Source: an uncultured Gammaproteobacteria bacterium (GTDB taxonomy: Bacteria > Patescibacteriota > Patescibacteriia > Magasanikbacterales > UBA922). From it: DNA of 52,902 nucleotides. Positions 1 through 9,769 of this stretch are shown piece by piece. Below the pieces are notes generated by a model that was not told where the DNA came from, made no database searches, and saw only the letters and a list, made by a program, of their open reading frames with translations. The stretch covers positions 8,594-61,495 of the forward strand of contig CAZNAO010000002.1 in the NCBI GenBank assembly GCA_964571295.1. The letters are read 5' to 3'. The translations under genes and the position numbers were made by a program. How positions within the stretch are numbered: position 1 is the first letter of the stretch; every line of letters starts with the position of its first letter.

Positions 1-322
1 GCGTCGCTTTTGCAAGATCATTCAATTTGAAACGTTTCCCCGCAGAATCTTTCACTACTCTCAAAAGATCAAGGTGTGGAAATTGGTTGATGTTTCCTGC
101 GTAATATTTTTTTAAAACAGCAAGATCAAATGATTCACTATTAAACCCAATCAATCGCTCAGCTTTTTCGAATATGGGCCAAAGATTTCCCAATTCATGT
201 TCATCAAACGAACGATACGAATCAGTCTCATATTCATAAACTGATACAACCGTTACTTTTAACGTATCGAATTGTCTGATGTCTCCAATAGTTTCAATAT
301 CGAATACTACTTCTCGGGACAT
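1..322 (-). CDS. 3'-5' exonuclease, DEDD/PolB-exo-like (partial, C-terminus outside the window)
   Basis: Manual reverse translation from the ATG at 322 gives MSREVVFDIETIGD..., with an ExoI-type DxE motif (FDIET). The frame stays open to the window edge. Confidence 0.55.
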   Translation of the reverse strand, partial: MSREVVFDIETIGDIRQFDTLKVTVVSVYEYETDSYRSFDEHELGNLWPIFEKAERLIGFNSESFDLAVLKKYYAGNINQFPHLDLLRVVKDSAGKRFKLNDLAKAT

Positions 323-328
323 AGGTAC

Positions 329-682
329 TTACTGTTTTTTAAATTTGACTGAAAAAATGGGTTCGTAATTATTCTTGTATTCATCTGAGAGTTCGAATGT
401 TTCACCTTTCATCATTTTGGTCAAGGCGATATCATTGAGCATTTCATTATCTGATTCAAGATCAATTTTCAAATCATCAAGCTTTTGCATTTCACTTGCG
501 AATCCTTCTTTGATCGCAGTTTCTACACGTTTTTTGTTTTCACGAAGAGATTTCATTTTGTCAGTGATTTCTTGATATTCACCATTACTCGCAAGCGCAT
601 CCCGAAACATCACTTTAATATCCTTCATTTCTTTTTTAGTTTTTTGAATACGGTCGAATATTCCTTGAATATCTTGTTCCAT
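329..682 (-). CDS. hypothetical coiled-coil protein
   Basis: 117-aa ORF rich in K/E heptad-like sequence. It is tightly packed with its neighbours on the same strand. Confidence 0.5.
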   Translation of the reverse strand: MEQDIQGIFDRIQKTKKEMKDIKVMFRDALASNGEYQEITDKMKSLRENKKRVETAIKEGFASEMQKLDDLKIDLESDNEMLNDIALTKMMKGETFELSDEYKNNYEPIFSVKFKKQ

Positions 683-790
683 AGTTTTTTATTATATAAG
701 TGGGATTATTGTATCACAATGAGTTCTAATATCCAATATCTTCAATACCCTCTATTTAACAGCTCGCGCCATCGAATATGAGCCATTGAA

Positions 791-2002
791 TTACAGTCGG
801 TCTTTGTATTTGGCGACAACCGCATTGAATGCTTCGCGATGGCTTTCGTCAATCGGATCTCCCGGTGGGAATTCTACGGTCAATGGATTCACCAAGACTC
901 CATTCTGTCTGATCTGATAATGCAAATGTGGACCGGTTGAAAGACCTGTTGAACCCACGTAGCCGATCACTTGTCCCTGCACTACACGAGTACCAGCCTT
1001 GATTCCTTTTCCAAAGGCTGACAGATGCGCATATTCAGTAATAAATTTATCATTATGTTTGATCGTAACAAAATTTCCAAATCCTCCACTGTTCCACCCT
1101 GCAAAAGTGACCGTACCGTCCCCCACAGCCATAATCGGAGTTCCAATTGCGGCAGCATAATCAATCGCAAGATGTGTCGTGTTTCTTCCTAGTATTGGAT
1201 GAAATCGCGCAGTCGTGTATCCTGAGGTTATCCGCTTGTATTCAAGCGGTGCACGGAGAAATGCTTTTACCATCGACTCCCCGTTTTCATTGAAATAAGA
1301 TGGTTTTCCTGACTCTTGTTCATATAGAAATGCGTATAGTTCCTTACCATTGTTTACGAATTTTCCCGCATGTACCAATCCAGTCCCCGCGTCCTCTCCA
1401 TTCCGTTTCCGTTTATCATAAATCACAGAAAACGAATCGCCGTATTGCACCTGAGTTGAAAAATCAATCGTCCATGCAAAGGTATCAGCAAACTGCATGA
1501 TAACCGAATCCGGGACACCAAGCGCGAGTGCATCCAAATACATGGATGAAGAAACCACACCTGAAGCATTTACTTCTTCAACCTCATACTCGATCGGAAT
1601 AATTTCAATCCGTGAATCTGAAAAAAAGAAACGAACAATCAAATCCTTGTTTTGTTCATAATCGAGGTATGCAAACGTTCCATCCATATTTTTTGCCAGA
1701 GTCAGAGGCTGACCGACACGTACTCGGGTGAAATCATACGTCGAGGATGCGGCATCAAGAATATGAAGCATTTCAGCATATGAGATACCAAGCGCGTCAG
1801 TCGCAATACCAAATGTATCGCCCTCGGCGATCACATGTGTTTTGGTGGTAAATTGAGGCGGTTGAACGACCGGAAGCACGGCCGCTGCATCAGCGACTTC
1901 GATGATCTTTTCTCCTTTGACGGATGTATCTTTGGTAAAGAAATAGTAGCTCAATCCTCCCACGACCACGATTAAAAAAATGAGTGTAAGTTTGAGTTTC
2001 AT
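791..2002 (-). CDS. M23 family metallopeptidase (murein endopeptidase-like) with N-terminal TM anchor
   Basis: Carries HxxxD and the HLHYQI motif of M23 peptidases. Start moved to the internal MKLKLTLIFLIVVV signal/TM (ATG at 2002). Confidence 0.85.
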   Translation of the reverse strand: MKLKLTLIFLIVVVGGLSYYFFTKDTSVKGEKIIEVADAAAVLPVVQPPQFTTKTHVIAEGDTFGIATDALGISYAEMLHILDAASSTYDFTRVRVGQPLTLAKNMDGTFAYLDYEQNKDLIVRFFFSDSRIEIIPIEYEVEEVNASGVVSSSMYLDALALGVPDSVIMQFADTFAWTIDFSTQVQYGDSFSVIYDKRKRNGEDAGTGLVHAGKFVNNGKELYAFLYEQESGKPSYFNENGESMVKAFLRAPLEYKRITSGYTTARFHPILGRNTTHLAIDYAAAIGTPIMAVGDGTVTFAGWNSGGFGNFVTIKHNDKFITEYAHLSAFGKGIKAGTRVVQGQVIGYVGSTGLSTGPHLHYQIRQNGVLVNPLTVEFPPGDPIDESHREAFNAVVAKYKDRL

Positions 2003-2092
2003 AGTGTGAAATAGCTCACACATCATAGCAAAAAACACACTCTCTGTCACTTATCCTTGAAAAAACGGCTAAGTTTAGGTAAGATTAAACAT

Positions 2093-3013
2093 ATGCCTAT
2101 TACACTCGCATTTTTTGGAACCCATGAATTTGGAGCAACAATCCTCGAATCACTCACAAAAGATGATCGTTTTTCAGTTGATCTGGTCGTCACTCAACCT
2201 GATAAACCGGTGGGTAGAAAACAAGTCCTCACTCCTCCACCTGTAAAAATTCTGGCAGATAAACTAGGGATAAAGACTGTGCAGCCAGAAAGTCTCAAAA
2301 ATTTTCATCTAGAACAAAACATATTTGATACTGCAGTTACCGCGCAATATGGGTTACTTATTCCTTCACACTTGTTCAACGAAACAAAACACGGATTTGT
2401 GAACGTACATACTTCACTCCTTCCTAAATATCGTGGGGCGTCCCCTATCCAATCAGCACTTATTAATGGTGAAACAGAAACGGGAGTAACCATCATGATC
2501 ATGGACGCGGGAATGGATACCGGTGATATTCTTTCGCAAGAAAAAATTGCAATCAGCCCAGATGAAACCTACCCGGAACTCGATACACATCTTGCTGAAA
2601 TAGGTTCAAAACTGTTACTAAAAACATTACCCGAGTATATTGATGGAAAACTTACTCCTCAAAAACAAGATGAAACCAAAGTCACCGTGTGCAAAAAACT
2701 TTCACGTGATGATGGAAAGATTGATTGGAACAAAACTACTGAAGAAATTTACAATCTTTATCGTGGCACCATGCCATGGCCTGGAATCTGGACAACACTC
2801 GATGGAGTACGGGTTAAATTATTAAAAATTAAGCCAGCATCTATTACTTTGGAACCTGGTGTAATTCAAACTTCAGACGATAAAATATTTGTAGGAACCG
2901 GAGATGGATCGATCGAGGTAATAAAAATACAATTTGAAGGAAAAACAGCGCTCGAGGTAAACGCTTGTCTTGCCGGATATTGGCTTACACTCGACAGACA
3001 GACATTTTCATAA
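2093..3013 (+). CDS. fmt: methionyl-tRNA formyltransferase
   Basis: Motifs HTSLLPKYRGASPIQ and TGVTIM match the Fmt family layout. Start placed at the ATG at 2093 (MPITLAFFGT). Confidence 0.9.
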   Translation: MPITLAFFGTHEFGATILESLTKDDRFSVDLVVTQPDKPVGRKQVLTPPPVKILADKLGIKTVQPESLKNFHLEQNIFDTAVTAQYGLLIPSHLFNETKHGFVNVHTSLLPKYRGASPIQSALINGETETGVTIMIMDAGMDTGDILSQEKIAISPDETYPELDTHLAEIGSKLLLKTLPEYIDGKLTPQKQDETKVTVCKKLSRDDGKIDWNKTTEEIYNLYRGTMPWPGIWTTLDGVRVKLLKIKPASITLEPGVIQTSDDKIFVGTGDGSIEVIKIQFEGKTALEVNACLAGYWLTLDRQTFS

Positions 3014-3055
3014 ACCAATCGACTCGCCGCCGGTTGGTTTATATTCCCTACTACT

Positions 3056-3775
3056 TTACATGATACCATGTTTACGTGTCACAACTGACTGGGCTTGTTC
3101 GTATTTTCTGACACGCCCGGCAAAAAACGGTAGCCACCTAAAAGGTGCTTGATAGGCAAACGACGGAAGCCATAAACTCATGGACCCTCTTGCCTCAATC
3201 TGAAAGAGTACCTCATCAATCCACACTCCCTGCTTTCCCTGTTCCCCCATCGTGAGCCATAAATCCCAATCCTGAAACCGCTTCAATGTCTCGTCCCACG
3301 AAATCGCCTCACACCTCCGGATAAGCGACGTTGACATGATATAGTTTCTTTTTTTTAATTCTTCAAACGAAAATGTTTTACCACGCATGACTTTTTTTCC
3401 AAACAAAAAATTGGAATACGCAAATGATGCTCGTGGGTTCTCCTGCAGTGCAATATGCATCTTCTGAAGCATGTCCGTATTCCCGACCGCATCCGCGTCC
3501 CAAAAAATTACATACGTGCCCGTCGCTTTCTCAAATCCTCGATTTCTTGCCGCCGGCGCTCCTTTGTTCTCTTGCCTCACATATATAAATTGCGTGTCAG
3601 AAGATTCATTTTTTTTTACTACAGTATCAAATACTGAACGAATGTTCTCAGTACTCCCATCATCAACTACGATAATTTCAAGTGGATGATATGATTGCTG
3701 AGCCACTGACTCAAGCGCGCGAAAAAAAACTTCAGCTCGATTGTACACCGGGATTACCACGCTTATTTGCTCCAT
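3056..3775 (-). CDS. glycosyltransferase family 2
   Basis: VVIPVYNR...VVDDGS...DAD motifs typical of GT-A/GT2 enzymes. Confidence 0.85.
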   Translation of the reverse strand: MEQISVVIPVYNRAEVFFRALESVAQQSYHPLEIIVVDDGSTENIRSVFDTVVKKNESSDTQFIYVRQENKGAPAARNRGFEKATGTYVIFWDADAVGNTDMLQKMHIALQENPRASFAYSNFLFGKKVMRGKTFSFEELKKRNYIMSTSLIRRCEAISWDETLKRFQDWDLWLTMGEQGKQGVWIDEVLFQIEARGSMSLWLPSFAYQAPFRWLPFFAGRVRKYEQAQSVVTRKHGIM

Positions 3776-5157
3776 AATGTTTTGATTTCTTTTTTGCTTT
3801 CCTCCTCATCACTCACTCTGAGCGCAAGCGCCGAGCGCACCACTTCACGATCATCCCATGGAATCATTCTTCCTCCTGCAATGCACATTCCCTGTTCACT
3901 TCCTTTTCCGGTGACCAGAACTATATCTCCCGATTCTGCCATGGCAACCGCACGTTCTACAGCTTCTCTGCGATCTTCAATTATAAATAAATTCTTGCCC
4001 GGCACTTTCCCTTTTTTCTCAACTGCGCCGGACACATCCCGCATGATTTCAAGCGGATCATCGTCATAAGGATCTTCATCGGTTACCACTACGATATCTG
4101 CATGACGCCCTACGTATTCTCCCACCGAAAACCGTCGGGATTTGTCGCGTCCGCCACCCGTAGAACCAAATACGTGGATAATGCGTTTAGGTGATAATTC
4201 GGATACGATACTATACAGCGCCTCGATCGCTTTCGGTTCAAACGCATAATCAACAATGACCTGAAAACCGTGTGGTTCTGCTTCATGAATGAATTCGGTT
4301 CGACCCGGCGCATTCTCGAGACGGAGCGCAATATCCCTAATTTTTTCCGATGACACCCCTAGTATGGAAAGTATGCAAAGTGCAATCGCGCAGTTCTCGG
4401 CATTATGCACACCGTATATATGAGGCGCGACCCGCATCGTATTGAATGAAAATGAAATTCCTGTGGATTCTGACCTGACTTCGGAAATCGTAAAATACTG
4501 TTCAATATCTTCAACCATCCTTTCCCCTCTACCAAACGCATATCGACGATCGAATTTTCCGGCATTCAAAAAATCAGGAGCATGAATGGAATCGCCATTG
4601 ACGAGGGCGATTTTCGGAACGGGTTCTTCCGAATTACCAAGTTTTTTTCTCCGACTCTTTCCCACGTGCTTAAAAATTGAAAGTTTTGCTTGTTTGTAAT
4701 TTTCAAAACTACCATGAGATTCGATATGTTCAGGATAGAGATTGGTCAGGATCATGAAATCGTAATTGATAAACGTGTGCCGGTACTGTACCGCCCCCTC
4801 GGAGGTCGTCTCGACAATTGCAATATCGCAATTTTTATCGACCATCTCGCGCAGATATTTCTGAGTTTTCATTTTTCCGAGCATGGTCATTTTCTGATCG
4901 TTCAATTTATTTTCTCCTGCAATATAAAAATCAATCGTTGAAAGAGAGCCTACGCGGTATCCTGCAGCCTCAAGCGCCGTACGAAGCAGGAAAATCGTCG
5001 TTGATTTCCCGCTGGTCCCCGTGACCCCGATCACCAATAATTCATTTGATGGATTCCGGTAATATAGCGCACCCACAAGCGCAAAAAACCAGTGCCTCAG
5101 ATTGAGCACGCGCTTCGGGATATATTTTTTGATAAGCGATTTCAACTTTTGAACCAT
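3763..5157 (-). CDS. Mur ligase family protein (MurE-like)
   Basis: GVTGTSGKSTT P-loop, plus central and C-terminal Mur ligase domain features (VTDEDPYDDDP in place of the DNPR region). Confidence 0.8.
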   Translation of the reverse strand: MVQKLKSLIKKYIPKRVLNLRHWFFALVGALYYRNPSNELLVIGVTGTSGKSTTIFLLRTALEAAGYRVGSLSTIDFYIAGENKLNDQKMTMLGKMKTQKYLREMVDKNCDIAIVETTSEGAVQYRHTFINYDFMILTNLYPEHIESHGSFENYKQAKLSIFKHVGKSRRKKLGNSEEPVPKIALVNGDSIHAPDFLNAGKFDRRYAFGRGERMVEDIEQYFTISEVRSESTGISFSFNTMRVAPHIYGVHNAENCAIALCILSILGVSSEKIRDIALRLENAPGRTEFIHEAEPHGFQVIVDYAFEPKAIEALYSIVSELSPKRIIHVFGSTGGGRDKSRRFSVGEYVGRHADIVVVTDEDPYDDDPLEIMRDVSGAVEKKGKVPGKNLFIIEDRREAVERAVAMAESGDIVLVTGKGSEQGMCIAGGRMIPWDDREVVRSALALRVSDEEESKKEIKTLWSK

Positions 5158-5172
5158 ACCATGATTCCGGAG

Positions 5173-5745
5173 TTATTTCCTCAGTGACAATTCATACACG
5201 ACATGCTCGATCTTCGAGACCGCAGTTTTCGCCTGGTCAAATTTATTGCGAAGATAGCTCGTAAGATTGCATTCGATCAATTCCCCGATGATCTCTTCTG
5301 CAGCTTCGGCACACTTGGTGACCGTAGCATGGTCGCGCGCGGTCGCAGCTTTGACCGCATACCGATACAATTCTCCGGGTACATCAGTCAACCCGGCGAC
5401 ATACGACTCTGGCGAGATTTTCAACCCTTTCACTTCTCCGATTTTTCCTGTCGTCACAAACTGATACATAAGCTCAGCCTCTACAAATTCTTCAATCGCG
5501 GCTTTATAAGCACCTTCATCAAGAGCCCGAGTATCTTTACTGTATGTTTTTGCGATAGTCCCAAGGATCGTTTTCGCTTCTGCCAGTTTTGTTCCCGCTT
5601 CTTTCACCTGATCACGATGTAGTGCAAAGATCGCGCGCTTGGCATGAAATAAGGCATCATTTGAATCCTTGATCACTTTCTGACGGACGTCAGCATATGA
5701 CAATAAGTCTTTTCTGATTTTTGAGAGAAGCGAAGTATTGAGCAT
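5173..5745 (-). CDS. translin family protein
   Basis: All-helical 190-aa protein. The YVAGLTDVPGELYRY segment matches the translin/TRAX signature (GLxDxxGELxR). Confidence 0.6.
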   Translation of the reverse strand: MLNTSLLSKIRKDLLSYADVRQKVIKDSNDALFHAKRAIFALHRDQVKEAGTKLAEAKTILGTIAKTYSKDTRALDEGAYKAAIEEFVEAELMYQFVTTGKIGEVKGLKISPESYVAGLTDVPGELYRYAVKAATARDHATVTKCAEAAEEIIGELIECNLTSYLRNKFDQAKTAVSKIEHVVYELSLRK

Positions 5746-5753
5746 AGGAAATA

Positions 5754-6242
5754 TTAAGTTATTGATTGTAACAATTTAATAGCAGGAAATTCGACTGGGT
5801 GGCAATTTTTCTCATCCAATCCTGCAAGCGGTACCCACTCGACACGCGCTATCTCATTGGGGTTTTCACTACTGTTGATCGCATACGTATCTTGTATGGT
5901 AGAAATAAGTTTTGCAGGATAAAACAATAATACTCCTCGGCAGAACATTTTTTTGGTTCGATGATAAAAATTATTTTCTGCGACATAAAATGGGGTAGTT
6001 TGAAGCGGTTCAATCCGATATCCGGTCTCCTCATAACATTCTCTAATCATTCCCTCTATCGTTGTCTCATGAGGCTCCACCCCTCCCCCCGGTAGCTCAT
6101 ATAATGTATTCCACGTTGGAACATTCACTAAAAGTTTATCCTCATCTGACAATACCAAGGAATACGCCGAAATTCGCCAATGTATTTGTTCTCCTTCAGG
6201 AAGTACGTACTCATTTAAATTCGCATCACGAAATATTTTCAT
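5754..6242 (-). CDS. NUDIX hydrolase
   Basis: Nudix box GGGVEPHETTIEGMIRECYEETG. Confidence 0.85.
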   Translation of the reverse strand: MKIFRDANLNEYVLPEGEQIHWRISAYSLVLSDEDKLLVNVPTWNTLYELPGGGVEPHETTIEGMIRECYEETGYRIEPLQTTPFYVAENNFYHRTKKMFCRGVLLFYPAKLISTIQDTYAINSSENPNEIARVEWVPLAGLDEKNCHPVEFPAIKLLQSIT

Positions 6243-6383
6243 ATACGTTTAAGTATAGCCGAAACAGGTCAAAAAGCAAGCAAACAAAAACCGCCGCGTT
6301 TGGCCCGGCAGTTTTGCGGTGAATTGTTTTCTCCTGACTTACGCCAAGGAGTACACCTGGGATTCCTAATGTAGTTCGATCTT

Positions 6384-7169
6384 CTAGTCCAATCCGATCT
6401 CAGTCGCTGCTCGCTTGTATCCATTGATTCCGAGCTGTCCTGATGAATTCAATTGGAACAACTTATCATGCATTGCCCAACCAAATTCAGAACCTTGTTT
6501 CTTTGCACACTCAAATGCTTCTGCTGCTTTCTGCGCATTCGGATGGAATGAAAGTGGGAAATGTCGATAAGTAAATTTCACTTTATCGCCGTATTCAGCA
6601 AGCATCTGTTTTACTACCGGTTCGAAGCGGAGACAATATGGGCATTCAAAATCTGAAAATTCAACTACAGTAACTTTTGCTTTCTCATTACCTAGCCATA
6701 TAGCATCTGGCAATTCAGGAACCGTGACTTTGGTAACTACGCCCGTATTCGGATCTTTGAGAAATTCGAGATTTTCAAGAGGTTGTCCATTAATTGCAGC
6801 TTCGATGACTTGCTTGAATGATTCATATGGATATGCGCCACTGACGAGGACACCATTCACAAAAGTTGCGGGTGTTCCATTGACTCCGATTGATGCTCCG
6901 AGTTGCTGATCAGCCGCAACGACACTTGCCGTCTCACCTCCATCGAGACATTGGCTGAATTCTTCCGGTCCCTGCACATTACCCGTTGCATCAGTTACAA
7001 CTGTGGTGGTTCCTGATTTCTTGACTGTCTTCCCCGATCCTCCACCAAGCATAATCCCAAGAAGAATAAAAAAGCCAATCGTGCACAACACCATAATTCC
7101 ACCTACGAGACCAGTAACAAACATTTGCTTCGGAGACAGTGCATCGAAGACGCTCTTTTTCTCTTCCAT
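6384..7169 (-). CDS. DsbA-like thioredoxin-fold thiol:disulfide oxidoreductase, membrane anchored
   Basis: CPYC active site in FSDFECPYCLRF, with an N-terminal TM helix. Start set at MEEKKS (ATG at 7169). Confidence 0.85.
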   Translation of the reverse strand: MEEKKSVFDALSPKQMFVTGLVGGIMVLCTIGFFILLGIMLGGGSGKTVKKSGTTTVVTDATGNVQGPEEFSQCLDGGETASVVAADQQLGASIGVNGTPATFVNGVLVSGAYPYESFKQVIEAAINGQPLENLEFLKDPNTGVVTKVTVPELPDAIWLGNEKAKVTVVEFSDFECPYCLRFEPVVKQMLAEYGDKVKFTYRHFPLSFHPNAQKAAEAFECAKKQGSEFGWAMHDKLFQLNSSGQLGINGYKRAATEIGLD

Positions 7170-7268
7170 ACGAAAAAAATTAGATATAAGGCTAAACTTG
7201 TGCTGCAAGTATAGCATGGGTCGTGTATAGATACAATTGTGGATAAAGATTTATTTCACAATACTTCA

Positions 7269-7297
7269 TTGACAGGTGGCATACTGATGGTTATAGT
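7269..7297 (+). promoter_or_regulatory. sigma70-like promoter for the SOD gene
   Basis: TTGACA, 17-nt spacer, TATAGT, ending about 35 nt upstream of the ATG at 7333. Confidence 0.4.
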
Positions 7298-7332
7298 TAC
7301 TATTGATCCACTCTTAAATATAAGTTGTTATT

Positions 7333-7914
7333 ATGAAACACGAACTCTATCACCTTCCCTATGATTTCAATGCTCTTGAGCCGCATATTGATGCCACAAC
7401 GATGGAAATACACTATACCAAACACCACCAAACATACCTTGATAATTTTGTGAAAGTGGTCGAAAAATATCCAGAACTCCAGGAGAAAACAGCTGAAAAC
7501 ATATTGCGATCATTATCTTCTCTTTCAATTGATGCAGCTGACCAGAAAACACTTCAGAATCATGGTGGAGGATTCGTCAATCATAATTTATACTGGTCGA
7601 TCATGGGTCCCGCGAAACAAATCGACGAGTTACTGAAAACAGAGGTTGAACATGCATTCGGTTCAGTTGAGTCATTTAAAAAAACATTCAGTGAACTCGC
7701 TACCAAGCATTTTGGTAGCGGATGGGCATGGCTCGTACGAGACGAACAAGGCTCTCTTGCAACCTATACACTACCCAATCAAGATTCTCCGTATCTCAAA
7801 AATCATACCCCACTCATCGGACTCGATGTCTGGGAGCATGCATACTATCTTAAATATCAAAACAAACGTGCAGACTATATTACTGCATGGTGGGAAGTGG
7901 TCACCCTCCTATAG
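7333..7914 (+). CDS. sodA: Fe/Mn superoxide dismutase
   Basis: HHQTY, DVWEHAYYL and other SOD_Fe/Mn signatures. Confidence 0.95.
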   Translation: MKHELYHLPYDFNALEPHIDATTMEIHYTKHHQTYLDNFVKVVEKYPELQEKTAENILRSLSSLSIDAADQKTLQNHGGGFVNHNLYWSIMGPAKQIDELLKTEVEHAFGSVESFKKTFSELATKHFGSGWAWLVRDEQGSLATYTLPNQDSPYLKNHTPLIGLDVWEHAYYLKYQNKRADYITAWWEVVTLL

Positions 7915-7972
7915 TTTTGATTCTATTCTGTATTTTGACCGTTTGACAAAAACCAATTTTTCGGTTACTTTT

Positions 7973-8294
7973 GGGGTAGAATCATTCGCCCCCATACTTT
8001 AGGTGTCCAACCTGGAGTCTGTGGGTGAAAGTGCGTATTCCCCCAGGGACAGCTCTGGGGGGTTCCCTCCAGAGAAACTCTAGCTGGAGTATAGGCTATG
8101 CCGGTGTCTTGTAACGCACATACAGCAACCGCTGCTCCTGCAAAGTTGAGCGCGAACTCTGTATAACACCGGCAATCATGCAACCGTAGGCGAGCGGAAA
8201 CATGATCGAGTTTTGACACTTCCTAGTACGTGTGACGGCTACTGGGAAGTGTCTCTGTCCTGTGGACTTTTAAGAAAAAAAGGGTGAAGGACAA
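7973..8294 (+). ncRNA. candidate structured ncRNA of unknown class (strand tentative)
   Basis: GC-rich patch with no credible ORF. Six or more perfect helices, e.g. 8100-8107/8166-8173, 8215-8228/8240-8253 and 8040-8046/8055-8061. Upstream is TTGACA(7943)-17 nt-TACTTT; downstream is the terminator at 8295-8331. Confidence 0.4.
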
Positions 8295-8331
8295 CAAAAA
8301 ACCCTGTACCGTTCTGGTGCAGGGTTTTTTG
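8295..8331. terminator. bidirectional intrinsic terminator (rpoD on the minus strand, candidate RNA on the plus strand)
   Basis: 10-bp stem ACCCTGTACC/GGTGCAGGGT with a 5-nt loop, flanked by an A-run and a T-run. Confidence 0.7.
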
Positions 8332-8346
8332 TTTCATTCTCAGTCT

Positions 8347-9693
8347 TTAGTAATCACTCAACTTTTCAATCACCTCAAAACTCTTGATCTTCTCAATCGC
8401 TTTTGCTTCAATCTGACGGATACGTTCGCGGGTGACGCCGAATTCCTTACCCACTTCTTCAAGTGTATGTGTAACTCCGTCTTCGAGACCGAAACGCATT
8501 TCAAGAATTTTCTTTTCACGCGGAGAGAGATCCTGGATCGCTTCGCGAATATAGTCTTTTAGCAATTCAGATCCTGCAGCCGCAGACGGACTAATATTCT
8601 TCACATCTTCGATAAAGTCTGAAAGCGAGGTGTCATCATCGTCATCATCTCCGACCGATGTTTCAAGGGAAACCGTGTCCTGCGAAATCTTGATGATATG
8701 TTTGACTTTCTCGACGTCTTCACCCATTTCTGCTGCAATTTCCTCAGGTGTTCCGTCGCGACCCAAATCCTGTAACAATCGTCGTGACACCTGCTGCAAT
8801 CGATTGATCGTTTCCACCATATGCACCGGGATACGGATAGTGCGTGAATGGTCAGCAAGCGCACGCGTGATCGCTTGTCGAATCCACCATGTCGCGTAGG
8901 TCGAAAATTTGAATCCTTTTCGATAATCAAATTTCTTAACGGCACGGAAGAGACCAATATTCCCTTCCTGTATAAGATCAAGTAAGGATAATTGTTTTCC
9001 TACAAACTTCTTTGCAATTGAAACGACGAGACGCAGATTTGCCTCGATCATGCGACGTTCGGCCTCCTTGTCTCCACGTTCCTTGCGTTTTGCAAGCGAC
9101 ATTTCATCTTCAGCATTGAGCAAGGGAACTTTTCCTATTTCTCGTAAATACATCTGGATCGAATCCTGTGAGATACTTCCAAGATCAAAATATGATCCTG
9201 TGTCCCGATCCGGTTGATCCCCCTGAAAACTCCGGAGCATTTCCTTCTTTTTCTCGACCGATTGTTTCCCGCCGAGCAATCCTTCCTGTCCTTCAACCAA
9301 TGAAATACTGCTCTTGTCAAGCAAATTCAAAAAATATTCGTACAGATCGAGATAATGCTCGACTCTTGGAAATTTCAATAGGACTTCTTTTTCAGTGAGA
9401 AATCCTCGATTACGCCCTTTGTTTACAAAATCCTGAACATCTGACGATGTAGGCGGCAATACTAAGTCCTGTGTCTCAGGCCGCCGTTTGAATTGCGGCC
9501 TATTCCCTGTATTGATTTTTTTTTCGTTCTTTTTTCCTCGAAAGAAGCGAGGAGTTTTTTTCTTGTGAGCCCTTGATGATTTAGAGCTCTTGGCACTTCG
9601 TGCCCGTGATGGTGCCGCCTTTTTTGAGGCGGTGGTAAATTTTTTCTTTGCCTTACTCAGCAAAGATTTGGTTGTCGATGGTTTTTTGGCCAT
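8347..9693 (-). CDS. rpoD: RNA polymerase primary sigma factor with a long basic N-terminal tail
   Basis: Regions 1.2-4 are present: [39 protein letters not shown]. Confidence 0.95.
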   Translation of the reverse strand: MAKKPSTTKSLLSKAKKKFTTASKKAAPSRARSAKSSKSSRAHKKKTPRFFRGKKNEKKINTGNRPQFKRRPETQDLVLPPTSSDVQDFVNKGRNRGFLTEKEVLLKFPRVEHYLDLYEYFLNLLDKSSISLVEGQEGLLGGKQSVEKKKEMLRSFQGDQPDRDTGSYFDLGSISQDSIQMYLREIGKVPLLNAEDEMSLAKRKERGDKEAERRMIEANLRLVVSIAKKFVGKQLSLLDLIQEGNIGLFRAVKKFDYRKGFKFSTYATWWIRQAITRALADHSRTIRIPVHMVETINRLQQVSRRLLQDLGRDGTPEEIAAEMGEDVEKVKHIIKISQDTVSLETSVGDDDDDDTSLSDFIEDVKNISPSAAAGSELLKDYIREAIQDLSPREKKILEMRFGLEDGVTHTLEEVGKEFGVTRERIRQIEAKAIEKIKSFEVIEKLSDY

Positions 9694-9769
9694 GCGAACT
9701 AAATTAAATTACGATACAAAATACATGGAACTCGACACACGGAGTATCTTTTTCCATGTATTTTGTATG

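Noticed and set aside
7965-8219. 84-aa minus-strand ORF inside the structured locus downstream of rpoD
   Set aside because: The composition (Cys/Trp/Pro/His-rich) does not look like a protein. There is no RBS. The region is better explained by nested helices, so it is treated as non-coding.
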